DNA of 63,575 bases, filler included. It is 16 parts of 16 records of this genome, joined end to end, with 100 filler letters (N's around TTAATTAATTAA, not from the genome) between each part and the next. Parts side by side here need not be neighbours in the genome. Positions count along the whole stretch, not along the records: positions 43,007 to 47,684 come from SRR15195285_12228; positions 47,785 to 52,174 come from SRR15195285_12235; positions 52,275 to 55,752 come from SRR15195285_12237; positions 55,853 to 59,506 come from SRR15195285_12251; 12 more parts are not named here. One strand, written 5' to 3'. Under the pieces are notes generated by a model, which was given only the letters and a program-made list of their open reading frames with translations, was not told where the DNA came from and searched no databases. Made by a program: the position numbers and the translations under genes. This document shows, in pieces, positions 44,403 through 56,130 of the stretch. Within the stretch, counting starts at the first letter, position 1, and each line of letters opens with the position of its first letter.

Positions 44403-47400
44403 TCACCCACACTTGGAGCTGAAGTTGAAGCTGCTGCGGGCGCGTTGTCCTGTCTTGCGCTGCAAGCGTGCCCACTCACCACGGTGGCAGTGCCGACGCC
44501 GCCGGCGGATGTCGTCTTCGCGAGCGGCACGCTCGTGCAACGCAACCGAGCGTCGCGAGCGCTTCAAACGTCGGTCGTTTCTCAATTTTTTCCGTCCGTT
44601 TCGCAACACGCAGTGTTCACTAGGGATCTGCTGGACCCTATACAGATCGCTCAGCTGCTCAGAGACCATGACTAGCAAACCACCTAACATAGCAGCTGAG
44701 CTAAGGTTGCATCCAGCCTCGGGGAGTCTGTTGTGGCCAGCCTCGAGTCCAGCCTCGAGTGAAGGAATAGCTTTGTCACGTGCGTTTGCAACAACCTGGA
44801 ACACCTCCACCTCTGCGGCCTGGAGATCTTTGTGCCGCCTCAAATGCTTTCCCAACGGAGATTTATAGTGGTGATTTCCAAACGGAGCTCTGTAGTGATG
44901 ATTCACACGAGGACAGCCGCTGCGAGGACTCAGTGCGACGTAAAGATCGTTGAAGTCTGGGCCACAGTCCGCGTCATGGTACACCGCGCTCGGATCCTTC
45001 GGGTCGCGCAGAGCCATCTTGGCCGGACATAGCCCGCCATGACAGTGCAGCGCAAAAAGGAAAGCGTCCGGCGATCGCTTGCCTCCCCCGCCACTGCTCC
45101 ACGCGCAATCGGTGTAGCCGCCAAAGACGTATCCTTGTGAGTCGAGAATGACTGTCAGTGTTGGACCTTTGTCGTCGCAGCGCCGGTGGAACTGGTCAGC
45201 CCCCCACCCGTCTTCAGAGGCACAGTACAACCGCCGTAGCTTCGGCGCTTCGCACGGCAACCATTGCGCAAGCTGCGCCGCGTGGTCAGCCTCAGTGACG
45301 ATACTGGACGGTGTTGTGCCAAATAGCTCTAGCTGCGCGTGCAGCTGCAGCCACGTCTGCTTCGCTGCGGGTACCGCTGCAGGCACTGGAGCATGTCTGC
45401 CCACGTTGACGTTTTTGTGGAAGAGCCCGTGTCTCAGGTGCCTCCGCCACATACGTGCATACGTTGAACATGCAGGCCACGTGAAACCAGCTGAAATGTC
45501 AATGATTTGCGAGTTGCTGTGGACTCTCTCCAGTTCGATCGTGCACAGCAGATCACCGCCCTGTGTGAACACATGATACTCGTCGCCAGCGAAGCCGCGG
45601 GTGTCGTACCACTCTCCCGCAGCCAGTTCTACCGGCTCCGGCTCCGGCTCCGGTTCCACCGCAGCACGTGACCGCCGAGTATTCGCCGACACAGCGTGCA
45701 ACTGTAGAGAAGAGCTGCTGCGGTTCGTGAACTCGACATCGATGGGCATGGCGGTCGTGAAGCCGTGCGTCATCTGCAAGCACTGGACCACGAATTGCAC
45801 TCTCTTTGCTATGAACGACTTGAAAACCGGCCGGCAGAATCTCCTCGAGGTGCAGCTCAGCGCTGCGAGATCACGTGGTGAGGTGAGAGAGCTGGCAATA
45901 CCGGCCCAAACGTCATCTGGGGTTTGCTCGACCAGCGCCGCAAGCTCCACTCGATCCAGGCGAACGCTGTATCGACGAATGCCTGAGCCCTCCGTACCCA
46001 ACACCACCCTCTCCTTCCCCTCTCTATGTTCTGTGCGGTCTGGATGCTGCTCGAGCGGCCGCAGCTGCACATCGTTTAATAGGTGGATATTGTTTCCTCG
46101 GTCGGGTGAGCTTGCCTGCGCAGGCATTGACTCCCTCCGTCGTTGCTGTGGTTCTCGTGTCTCCAATCGTGGCTTCAACGTTACCAAATGTGTACTCACA
46201 GCACTGCATCGCAGACATTCCGGTTGGCTGCTATTTCTGCCTCCCTTGGGACGCACCCTACATGCCCATGTGTCTTCCTGCCCTGGCTTCGGCTCCACCT
46301 CTGTCTGAGTCTCTGTCTTTGTCTCTGTCTGCGGTGAATCCACATCGTGCAAGGTATTGGACTGCTGATGCTTCCGCCGCTGCTTCCGCCGCTGCTGCAG
46401 CATTCTGCGCGGCCACTGATACTTCTGCCGCTGCTGCAGCATTTCGAGCCGCCACTGATACTTAGACTCTCTTCTAGATTCTTTGCGAAGAATTCTGTGT
46501 TTCTTCTCAAAGTTCTTAAGAAATTCTTCTTGCCGCAGCCTAAACCGTATCGCCCTAATTCGGCCCCAATAATTCTTCCATGCAAGATCATGCTGCTGTG
46601 GCAGCGTTCGGCGCCTCATCTGTCTCGTTCTGCTGGGCTCTCTGGGTCTTCCACCCATTATGGTTATTAGTGAAAACTCTTCCTGTCTCATGTAGTCTCT
46701 CCACGGTGCGGCCTCACGTGTCTTCTTCTTACGTGGAGCAGTGTGGTTGCGCGGAAGGCTTTTCTTGAACCTGACTTTTGAACCCCTCTTTGTCTGCCAC
46801 CGACTCTGCGCGTATGCTTTCAAATCATTGAGGAAGAGCTTGCTGGTTGCTTCACTCGTGTGTGCTTCCAGCTCCTCAGCGAGCTTAGTTGCTTCCACTC
46901 CCATGTTCTTCCTCGGTCGTTTCCGCCTGGTCACCAAGTGCCAGGGTCCTGCCCGATGCCCAGGCAGATTATCATCATCACTCCGCGACGAGCCCGATCC
47001 CATCAGCTGCTGTGCCAGCTGTGTAAGTAGCCGGAGAATTATCCTGCGTGGCTCCATCTGCACTACGCCTAGCTCCCTCAAGTCTGTTTCGCTCAAGCCT
47101 GCTGCTAGAATCTCGTCGACACTGTCGAAGCCCGCTTCCTTGCAACGCATGCTAAGAACCTGTCCTTCCCGATCTCCTAGCGCTGCTTTGAAAAACTCCA
47201 GTGTGGATTGGCCCAGCTCCACGGCAGCTTCTATGTGCGGCGGTGATAGCGGCGCTGGTTCAGGTCCCCCTGCTGTTGTCTGACCTCGCGACTCGCCACC
47301 CAACACGTTGCAGTTTTGCACTTGCTTTGCCACCAGCTTAGCCTGTCGCTCTAGGAGGCTCTTCCGAGCTCGCAAATCGGCTTGCTGCGCAAGTTTGGTC

Positions 47401-47633
47401 AGCTGTTGCTCGTCCAAATCAGCTCCCGATGCCTGCTTGACCTGGAGCCTCTCAATCTGCGCCAGCTTCTTTCCGACCTTCCGAAGATGTGGACATACAT
47501 GAACCCTTTGCCGCTGGCGCTGTACATTGTCCGGTGGGCGATTCGGTTCCGGTGCGAGGCTAGTGCCCTGTTCAATAGACACCGGCGAGGCCGCCGCAAG
47601 GGCGGGTGACCAGCAGTCAGGGTGGAACCGCAT
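44403..47633 (-). CDS. Multidomain protein: SAM + basic region + F-box-like + VHL-beta-like + TLDc
   Basis: SAM GFDSVDEIL...LSETDLRELGV; F-box PDDVWAGIASSL...LAALSCTSRRF; VHL-like VEFTNRS...LAAGE...FAGDEY; TLDc LYCASEDGW...FHRRCDDKGPTL...FGGYT...AFLF...EVEVF. Confidence 0.8.
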   Translation of the reverse strand: MRFHPDCWSPALAAASPVSIEQGTSLAPEPNRPPDNVQRQRQRVHVCPHLRKVGKKLAQIERLQVKQASGADLDEQQLTKLAQQADLRARKSLLERQAKLVAKQVQNCNVLGGESRGQTTAGGPEPAPLSPPHIEAAVELGQSTLEFFKAALGDREGQVLSMRCKEAGFDSVDEILAAGLSETDLRELGVVQMEPRRIILRLLTQLAQQLMGSGSSRSDDDNLPGHRAGPWHLVTRRKRPRKNMGVEATKLAEELEAHTSEATSKLFLNDLKAYAQSRWQTKRGSKVRFKKSLPRNHTAPRKKKTREAAPWRDYMRQEEFSLITIMGGRPREPSRTRQMRRRTLPQQHDLAWKNYWGRIRAIRFRLRQEEFLKNFEKKHRILRKESRRESKYQWRLEMLQQRQKYQWPRRMLQQRRKQRRKHQQSNTLHDVDSPQTETKTETQTEVEPKPGQEDTWACRVRPKGGRNSSQPECLRCSAVSTHLVTLKPRLETREPQQRRRESMPAQASSPDRGNNIHLLNDVQLRPLEQHPDRTEHREGKERVVLGTEGSGIRRYSVRLDRVELAALVEQTPDDVWAGIASSLTSPRDLAALSCTSRRFCRPVFKSFIAKRVQFVVQCLQMTHGFTTAMPIDVEFTNRSSSSLQLHAVSANTRRSRAAVEPEPEPEPVELAAGEWYDTRGFAGDEYHVFTQGGDLLCTIELERVHSNSQIIDISAGFTWPACSTYARMWRRHLRHGLFHKNVNVGRHAPVPAAVPAAKQTWLQLHAQLELFGTTPSSIVTEADHAAQLAQWLPCEAPKLRRLYCASEDGWGADQFHRRCDDKGPTLTVILDSQGYVFGGYTDCAWSSGGGGKRSPDAFLFALHCHGGLCPAKMALRDPKDPSAVYHDADCGPDFNDLYVALSPRSGCPRVNHHYRAPFGNHHYKSPLGKHLRRHKDLQAAEVEVFQVVANARDKAIPSLEAGLEAGHNRLPEAGCNLSSAAMLGGLLVMVSEQLSDLYRVQQIPSEHCVLRNGRKKLRNDRRLKRSRRSVALHERAAREDDIRRRRRHCHRGEWARLQRKTGQRARSSFNFSSKCG

Positions 47634-48238
47634 AGTGCTGTACTTGCCTTTGCCGTAGTCAGCCAGCGACTGTGCCGCGCAGTCNNNNNNNNNNNNNNNN
47701 NNNNNNNNNNNNNNNNNNNNNNNNNNNNTTAATTAATTAANNNNNNNNNNNNNNNNNNNNNNNNNNNNNNNNNNNNNNNNNNNNAAATCTGCGACTCGGG
47801 CGGAAGTATACCTTGCACGTCACGGACGGCGCGTTCGTATTACTATTGTTCACGATGCATGTTCTATCTTCCCGGAATCTCGTACTATTCATAGTATCTT
47901 CTATCTATGACCGGTTATGCGTTCGTCTAGTACTGGTACATGTATAGGGGTATGTATTCGAATTCCCTGTCTCAGATCATGAACAGCGATGTGTGCTTGA
48001 CCCAACCAACCTTCATTTTCGTCACCGGGAACTCGTACTTATCCAGATGCTCTCGAATTGTCCTGCGATAACCGAGGCCTCGTGAATGTCATTTCTGCAC
48101 GCCTCATCGAAGAATCTGCGAGTCAGACCAATACGGATTTTACGAGAAACTCGCGAAAGAACGGGTACGATCTCGAGGCGCTCAGCGGGGTCTGCTTGAT
48201 TTCTCAGTGAGTCCTCCGAACCTCAATTATCGACCGCC

Positions 48239-48277
48239 AGCGGACCGTTACAGCGGACCGTTATAGCGGACCGTTAC
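48239..48277 (+). repeat. 3 x 13-bp tandem repeat immediately before the ARMC2 ATG
   Basis: AGCGGACCGTTAC-AGCGGACCGTTAT-AGCGGACCGTTAC, then GCCATG. Confidence 0.9.
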
Positions 48278-48280
48278 GCC

Positions 48281-51200
48281 ATGCGGCGGGGCGCTCGCGA
48301 GGCTGCCCTCGACCCCTTCGAGAACCCCGGGGCGGCGCGGGGCGGTGTGGCCTCGGTGCTGGCGGGAGCGCGTGCGAGCCTGGTGAATCCGTCCCGACCG
48401 TTCACGCCGGCGGATGCGCTCAGGTGCGATTGCCACTGCGATGCCGATGCTTTGTCTGCCTGCTCTGCGTGCTCTGATGGAGGGCACACGGTAGAGATCG
48501 CACAGTTCTCTGGACACAGCGTGATTTTGCCCTGTCCGCCTGCCTGTGATTCTCGAGCGTCGTTGTATTACTCTGGCAGGCCGCTTTTCGGTGGGACGGA
48601 CTACAGCAGTACCAGCCGTCCTAGCTCGGCGTACAGCACGGGCGAGCTGAGGCAGGGTTTTGAGGGCAGTAGTGGTAGTGAGGTCTACGGCAGCGTCGAG
48701 TTCGATACGGTACGGGCCAGCGATGAGTTCGCTGGCGCTGGGCGCGTGCCTTTCGCGGCAGTCAACGGCATGCGCCCGAACAGTTCGCATGGCTCTCGCG
48801 ACTCGGCCCCGCGCGGCCCACCCCAGGTGGGCAGCCAGAGCATCGAATTTCCAGCCGAGACACCCGCGCAGCCCACCGAGTTGCCGCTGCCGATGGACGA
48901 TGACCGTCGCGGCGGTCCGTCCGGTGGAGGCGCGGCTACTGCCGCCCTTGTCGCTGAGCTGGACCTGCCCGGCGCCGATCTCCACAAGCTGATGGACGAC
49001 CTGTGGCACCATGTCACAAGCGCGGAGTATCGCGACGACCAGGCGGCGGGATTGCCTGTCGAGCGAATTGTGGTTAGTCGGCTGTCCCGAATGACCGAGG
49101 AGCACAACAGCGATGCGAAGATGCTGCTGGCCATTGGCCGCGTGCTGCTGCAGGCAATATCGCGCCGCGGATCTGGCCTGCAGAGCACGTGCCGGATGCT
49201 CTTCAAGCTGAGCAAGACTGAGAAGAACGATGAGCTATTCAACGCTGCGCACATCATTGAACCGCTGATCTCGCTTGTCATTCGCGAGGCGGCAGAGATT
49301 GGAGGCGACGCTGCAGCTGCCGCCGCCCCGCCCACCAGGTCTGGCAAGCGAGTCGTGACTGCGTGTGATGTCCTTGTCTATGCAATTGGCACGCTGAAAA
49401 ACATCTCTAACCAGTCACAGGAGAATCAACAGAGGCTTGGACAGCAAGGAGTTTTTGCAGCTATGTCTGAAGTTCTCACCGCTTCTGCAACTGATGCAAG
49501 TATTGCTGTAGCTCCGGGCTCACCAGCCCCGAGTGCTGCGAGAGGCAATGCATGGACTGATCGTCAGGCGCAGGTGCTCGTACAGGCCACAGCGACGCTG
49601 CGCAATATGGCAGTGCTCTCCGCGCACCGGCGGCAATTCGTCACATTTGAGATGGTTCAGAGACTATGTACGATTTTACGCACCGAGGGAGCTGCTGAAC
49701 ATGTGGAGCTAATGCTCAACATTTCCAGGATCCTTAGCAAGCTAACCCTGCACGAGGAGTGCCGTGTTCCGATGTACACCAAGCCTACTGTGCAAGCGCT
49801 GTTGCGGCTGCTGCGGGAGCACGAAACCAACCACGCATTGGTTCTGCGAACGAGTTTCATTCTAGGCAACCTCACCACAACCCAAGACGAATGTCGGAAT
49901 TTTGTCCTTGAGACTCCCGGGGCGGTCGAGCAACTACTCAGTCTGCTTGGCCAGCTCGTTGACAGCAGTTGCAGTGGACCAAGGGAGCCTCCGCCAGTGG
50001 TTAGTGCATCATCGGATGGCGGAGATGTTGCTGGGAAAGGCCGGATGGCGCAGTCGTCCGAGGTGGACGCGACGTTGGTGAAGCTGATTCGTTTGGTTGC
50101 GAACCTCGCGATCAACGAGGAATTGGGTATGATGATCTCACAGGATCCAAGCGCGATGCTGTTGTGCCGTGTCATCGAAGCTAAGCCAGTTGCGCAGCAT
50201 GAAGAGCTGGTGCTCAACGCGGTGTCAGCCATTACTAATCTGTCTTTCTATCAGCAGCCGCTGAATTCAGTGCTCAACCACGAGCTTATCGCAACGCTCC
50301 TTGTGCCGCTGCTACTGCACGAGAATCATGAGGCCAAGGTCGAGTCAGCACGCTGTTATGGCAACCTGTCTCGGTACCCAGAGATTCGGAGACTGATGAA
50401 GTCAAAGCGTGTTGACGAGATGTTGTGCATCTTGTTGGACCACCCGCAGCAGTCTGTTCTCACCGCCGTATGCGGGGTGCTCATGAACATCGCAGCCGAC
50501 GATGCCTTCCGGCGCAACCTGCGAGAGATGCACGCTGCACAAAAGCTGTGAGCGAGCCTCGTCACGGCAGCTACAGCTGTCTTTCCCGGACGCCGCTTTG
50601 TGCCACGTGTGCTGCCTCGGATACTGAATGCCCGGGCTGCCTGCGCGCCCATGCAGGATGTCGGTACTCGAGCAGCTCACGCTGCAGCTGTCGGACTTAC
50701 CTCTCGCAACGCTTCTGTGCAAAACATTCTTCAATTTGTCGATAGGTGCGTTAGGGTGATCATTTTGCGCACAACAGACGAGTTCCTTGATGCCTGATGC
50801 GCACCCTACACTACTGCAAACAGGTACAGATGGGAGTGCAGACTCGGCTGTCATGTCGCTGGGAGAATTCGATATGCTGCAGGAAATGGTACGCGCCCGC
50901 AGCCGACGCCTGCCCTCCCTCATTTGTTCGGGCGCGTATACAATTTAGAACGTGGTTTCTCGCCCTGTGCGCAGGTTGAGATGCTGCTAGAGCAATGTTC
51001 AGAGCCTGAGTTCAGTGCGGAGGTTACAGCGGACGGTGGTGACGACGGGGCAGAATCGCTCAGGGTCTGCCTGGCCGTGGCGCGCGCGTTGAACGATCGT
51101 CTGGCCGCATCGCTCAAAGAGACTGCCTCACAATCGCGCCCAGCTACTGATCCTTCGGATTTGGTGCCTCTACCGATGCCAGAGGGCGAAGATGCTGAGT

Positions 51201-51349
51201 TTAATGGCGCGGGAGACGAAGATGCAGCCGCACAGGAACATGCTGAGACAAGCTCGGATGAGGAGCTACCAGTAGGCGAGGTTGACGCTGAGACGGATGC
51301 GAAGGCAGCTCGACAGCGGCGGATGGAAACATTTGCAGCATCTTGTTGA
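48281..51349 (+). CDS. ARMC2: Armadillo repeat-containing protein 2 (ciliary)
   Basis: PSRPFTP, LFKLSKTEKNDELF, LNISRILSKLT, FILGNLT, KLIRLVANLAIN, EELVLN...NLSFY, ESARCYGNLSR, VCGVLMNI, LLCKTFFN; four inferred GT-AG introns. Confidence 0.9.
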
Positions 51350-51810
51350 GACCACAGGGCTGCAGTTCCTTGAGCTCTGTGTGTGGGTACAACAACAACA
51401 ATGCAATGGACGCACTAGTACTAATGCGCCAAAAGCCACCAGCATCTCAAGCAGGTCAGATCGATCCCGCTGCTTTGGCACCGGGATTCCTCGACCCCCG
51501 GTGAACAACATCGACCCTAGCCGCAACAGATGCATTCTGTATAGTTGTTTCGGGACACACGGAGGGAGTACACAGCCATGCCACGTATGTGATCCGTGCC
51601 CAATTGTGTCCGACAGAGACATAAGCGCAACTCTATCCCCCAAGCCCCACCCCACCGCATCATATCGAATCATACAAATGATAATTCCAATAACATGCAT
51701 GTATCATTGGAGTTCTCCAATTATCGAATTGATTAGTTCAGTGACGTCTGATCAATCGATCATTCGAATTCGAATTTCGCGAACCCAAGTGGCTGCATCC
51801 TCATGCCACA

Positions 51811-51849
51811 GCACACATAGGGCATACGGCCCGTATGCCCTATGTGTGC
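51811..51849. repeat. Perfect 39-bp palindrome (GGGCATA-core family)
   Basis: GCACACATAGGGCATACGG-C-CCGTATGCCCTATGTGTGC. Confidence 0.95.
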
Positions 51850-51907
51850 AGACGCGCATGACATAGTACAGTGGCGTACTCGCAGCCTCAATAAGTCTCA
51901 ATGAGTA

Positions 51908-51941
51908 GTGACTCGGGGGAAACCCCTTTCCCCGGAGTCAC
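51908..51941. repeat. 15-bp-stem hairpin
   Basis: GTGACTCGGGGGAAA-CCCC-TTTCCCCGGAGTCAC, one mismatch. Confidence 0.85.
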
Positions 51942-52145
51942 GATGCCATGCGTGTGATACTCACTACAACAGGAGGCTTACGACGTGGAAGTCGGTTCGG
52001 GCGGCACAAGTGGTGATCGATTTTACTGGCACATGGGGATCCCAACCGGCCGTGCGTACAGGTGAGTGAGGTTCGGCGGGTTTGAATGTAGAAGTAGTGC
52101 TGGTTGGTCAACATGTAGGTCTCACTGCGTGCGCCGTTACGGGCG

Positions 52146-52174
52146 TGACAACGGGCATAAGGGCCTTATGCCCG
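52146..52174. repeat. Palindromic repeat cut by contig end (GGGCATA-core family)
   Basis: TGACAACGGGCATAAGG-G-CCTTATGCCCG; matches 59477-59505 except for the central base. Confidence 0.93.
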
Positions 52175-52786
52175 NNNNNNNNNNNNNNNNNNNNNNNNNN
52201 NNNNNNNNNNNNNNNNNNTTAATTAATTAANNNNNNNNNNNNNNNNNNNNNNNNNNNNNNNNNNNNNNNNNNNNCCAGGGTCGAGCACGCAGTCCAACTC
52301 ACCAGCATGATCGCGTGCATGGCTGATGGGGGCCGCGTGAATGTGCGCGCGCGTGCGTGCCGGCGCGAGACAATCTAGCTAGAAATCGCGGCGCGACGTG
52401 CCGATACGGACACGTTCACGTCCGCGGCTGAGCTCATCGCGAGTGCCTAAGTCGCAGCGCTCGCAGCCAGCGCGACTGGTAGACACTCTGGAACGCACGT
52501 GTGCAGTGTGCGTGGTGTGACCCCGCGCGGATCGCTGCCCAGGCCCGGCTGGACCCGCTCGTATCCGTCAGTGCCAGCTCAGCGAGACTGCGACCCGGCT
52601 GCTGAGTCAGACAGACTCCATCGGCACTCAGTCTCTCGGCAGCTCTTCAGTGCACTAGAGAGTGCACGTGTCGACGTTTGGCTCCGCGCTAAAAAAACTT
52701 TTAGCCGTGGTTGGGCAGGCAGGTCGACAGCGGCCAGGGCGGCGAGCTCCGAAAAGCGGTGTGCTGCGGCAACGCGCAGAAGAAGT

Positions 52787-55288
52787 ATGCGGCTGCTCAA
52801 GATATTGCTGGTCGTGGTGACAGCCACAGTGGGCGCAGATTCGGCAGGATCGCTGGGAGGCCGCGCTGTTGGTAATTTAAGCGGTGTCAACCTTCGGCTG
52901 ACACTCGTCCATGAGGAAGGGTATGCCAATATGCTGGGCGATGATGGGCTGCTCTTGCCAGTAGAGGAATGGAGCGGGTTTCTCATCGACATGCTTCAGC
53001 GGGTTTCGGAGCACTCTGGTCTTAACTATACCCCCCTGTCGCCGTCTGGTAACAGCTCTTATTGCACGCCAAGCAACTTGACGGGTGCAGAGCGTGCGGC
53101 GTTCTACGCCACACAGTACAACTGTGGTCAGGGCGACGCGGAGCTCAATGCAACGGACGTACTATGGGGCATGTATTACATGACCAGATTTCGCATGGAG
53201 CGCGGGATCACATTCACAGTGCCGTTTGCTGCCGATAAGGGGCTATCGATGCTGGCGTCCAGCGCAACACCACCGACATACTATGATGAAGCCGTCAAGA
53301 TTTTTCGCCCGTTCACACCGTTGGCGTGGTTCCTGTCCCTTGTGTCTGCTTTTCTGTTCGCTGGCTTGATGTGGCTCATGGAGGCGGGGCATAGCCGTCG
53401 AGAATCCCAACAGAGAGAGGAGTCGCAAAATGTGTACGAGAAGGGACCACCAGAGTATAACCATTCGAAAGAGGACTGGCAGCAGTATTGGGGGTCGGAC
53501 GTGAACAGAACCAATACGTGGGGCATGTATAAGACGATGTACTCGTCGATGCAGACCTTGCTCGCACATGCTTTGCCAGAGGTCGCCACCAAAGCAGGTT
53601 TCGTCTACACTTGGATCTTTTCGTTCTATGCCGTGGTTTGGATCGCTGCTTACACGGCTAATTTGGCGGCGATTCTGACAACACCTACAAAGACTGTAAC
53701 TTTCAAATCGATATCCGAGCTGATGGTAGCCCAACAAACAGGACAGGTTGGGCCTGCTTGCGTTAAACAGGGAACTGCCTACGTCACGTGGCTTGAGGTC
53801 AACTTCCCACGGTTGAAACTTAGCAAGTTGCCGAAAACTGGGCTCGGGATTGCGAAGGACGTGGCGACGAAAACTTGTGACGTGATGATTGACGCATCTC
53901 CTCAGATTGAATATGTTCAAGCGTCTGAATGTCAACTAAATCTAGTCATACCTGGGCAACCGTTGAGCTTTGGAGTCACTGATATGGCGATCGGCGTGCG
54001 TGGTGGGCTCGATTCGCACGTGCTCGATGGTATCACGTATTGGGTACAATCGTTAAAGCAGTGCGCGAGAAACGACCGGAGCCGTCACTGTTACGGAAGG
54101 GAGAACATCGCCGCTATGTACGATGTGTACACAAAATCGGCTTGCCCTGGCACTGGCGCCATCAGCAAAAACGCCGTCCGCTCTTTGTCGGCAAGAAGCT
54201 TCAGTTTGTTTTACGCGCTAATCATTGTGGTTGGCGTACTGTTGGTCATTACATCCAAAAAGAAATCGCCGTTGGTGCGATATTGGAACTACAGTCTGAG
54301 CAGCCGTTGGAACAAGTGCATCGCGGCATTGACTAAACCCTTGCGTTGCTGCCGAAGTGAGGCAACGGCGGCAGCGGCAGACGAAACGATCAATGACTTC
54401 CATCAACTCGGTGAATTGATCGCAGACGTGATTCTACAGATAGGCACAAGCCATGGTGCTGACCGACGCAGCCAACTCGTCTCAAGGCTTATTACCGTTA
54501 TCAACCCTGGACGAAAGCCGAGCCCAGAGCTACAGCGCGAGTTGGCAAGCTACAAGAAACTACTTGATTACCTGTTCCCCAGTCTCAATGATGATGATGA
54601 TGATGAGAAGATGCACGACGCACTTTCAAGAGTACGAGTGACTGTGAGCCGGAGCCAATCGTCTGGCAAAGAGAACAAGCAGTTTAGAAAGTTACAAAAC
54701 AATATATTTGACGCCCTAGAAGCATATTACATGCGTTTTCATGTTGAAAGCTGGATGTACCTGATGGAGCTAAGAGCACAACTTGAAAAGAAATACGAAC
54801 ACATTGCGAACGTGCTGAAGCGCGGACTGAAATCCAACACTCGAGGATCGCAACAGCAAATCTGTAAGGCAGCCATCGTCACCCACTCCCCATATGCACG
54901 TGCATATTCAGTGTTTTACTAATCGTATGCACGGACTGATGCAGTGATATTGAATGGACGTGTCCACGCAATGCTCTTTGCGGCATTGGATCATTTGGTG
55001 GCTGATGAGCTTGATGAACGGTCAGCAACACCACAAAGCAGTGAAGGCGGTGCTGTCGCTTCTTGGGCGATTTTGCGGGCGGCTAGATCTTTACCTCTTT
55101 CATCAGCAAGCATCGCATCGCCGCCAGCGGAAGGCGACCCTGGTGATGTCGAAACATATCAAACTGCGCAGCAGCAAGAACAGTCAGAGCAGACGACGGG
55201 GCAACAAGAGGCCACCAGCGTAGACGCAAGTCGTGACGGGTCACCTCGGCGTGCTTCGACACTGCCGCGAGCGTCACTGCAAGTATAA
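52787..55288 (+). CDS. Ionotropic glutamate receptor-like channel lacking the amino-terminal domain
   Basis: Signal peptide MRLLKILLVVV; S1 GFLIDML, TRFR...FTVPF; IFRPFTPLAW M1; M3 AAYTANLAAILT; S2; M4; one GT-AG intron near 4865-80 nt before the last exon (about 54865-54944). Confidence 0.9.
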
Positions 55289-56130
55289 CACACACGTTAC
55301 ACTAGGGTAATGTACTGTGCCCCGGAGATCCGGTGATAGCGCAGCGCACCGTAGCTATGAGAAAGAGAGCTCAGCCTCGAGAGTGGGGACAATGATTCTT
55401 TCGTCAACGACGTATAATTATCCAATTCACCAACGAGGATTCTCTTGTGAAAGTCTCGCCACCTCAAGTCAATACGGTTGTTACACTGTTTTTAAAGGCG
55501 TATGCATGCTGTACCCCTGGAGCGAAGCGCCATTTGTGCTGTAGCCACCCCGCGAAAGTTTTGAGTGTGTCTGCCGACGAGTTCAAGGCGCAGTGCTCGG
55601 ACAAAAGTGTGTGGGACATTGAGATTCAGTCCAAGCGCACTGGCTTCAATCCGAAAGGCAACTGGGCAGCCAGTGGGGCGAGCGCTGCTGCGTTTGAAGT
55701 GAGCGATGAAGACCTTTGAATGGATTTCATTCATTTGGTCTCATTTTGAAAANNNNNNNNNNNNNNNNNNNNNNNNNNNNNNNNNNNNNNNNNNNNTTAA
55801 TTAATTAANNNNNNNNNNNNNNNNNNNNNNNNNNNNNNNNNNNNNNNNNNNNGTCCCCACCCGGCAGAAGAACGCAACCCAGCTTGACGCGCCCGGCGAT
55901 CCACCGTGCACCGCGTCCGTGGCACCGCGCGCGCGCGGCGAGCTCGAGCCGGCGACCACGCCCACGCACGCGCGCCACCGCGACCACCGGCGTACATGGC
56001 GGCGGCGGTTGGCGCGTACGCGTCTCGCCGCCGGCCGGCGCCCGCGCGCGGTGCGTCCAGGGGACGGAGTGCCCCCCTGCTGGCCGCCGCGAGTGCCATC
56101 TGCGGCCAGCCTGAGTCATCCGCTGCCACG

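Noticed and set aside
55544-55719. Short exon-like frame after the iGluR gene
   Set aside because: No recognisable domain or assignable upstream exon; cannot be supported as a gene.
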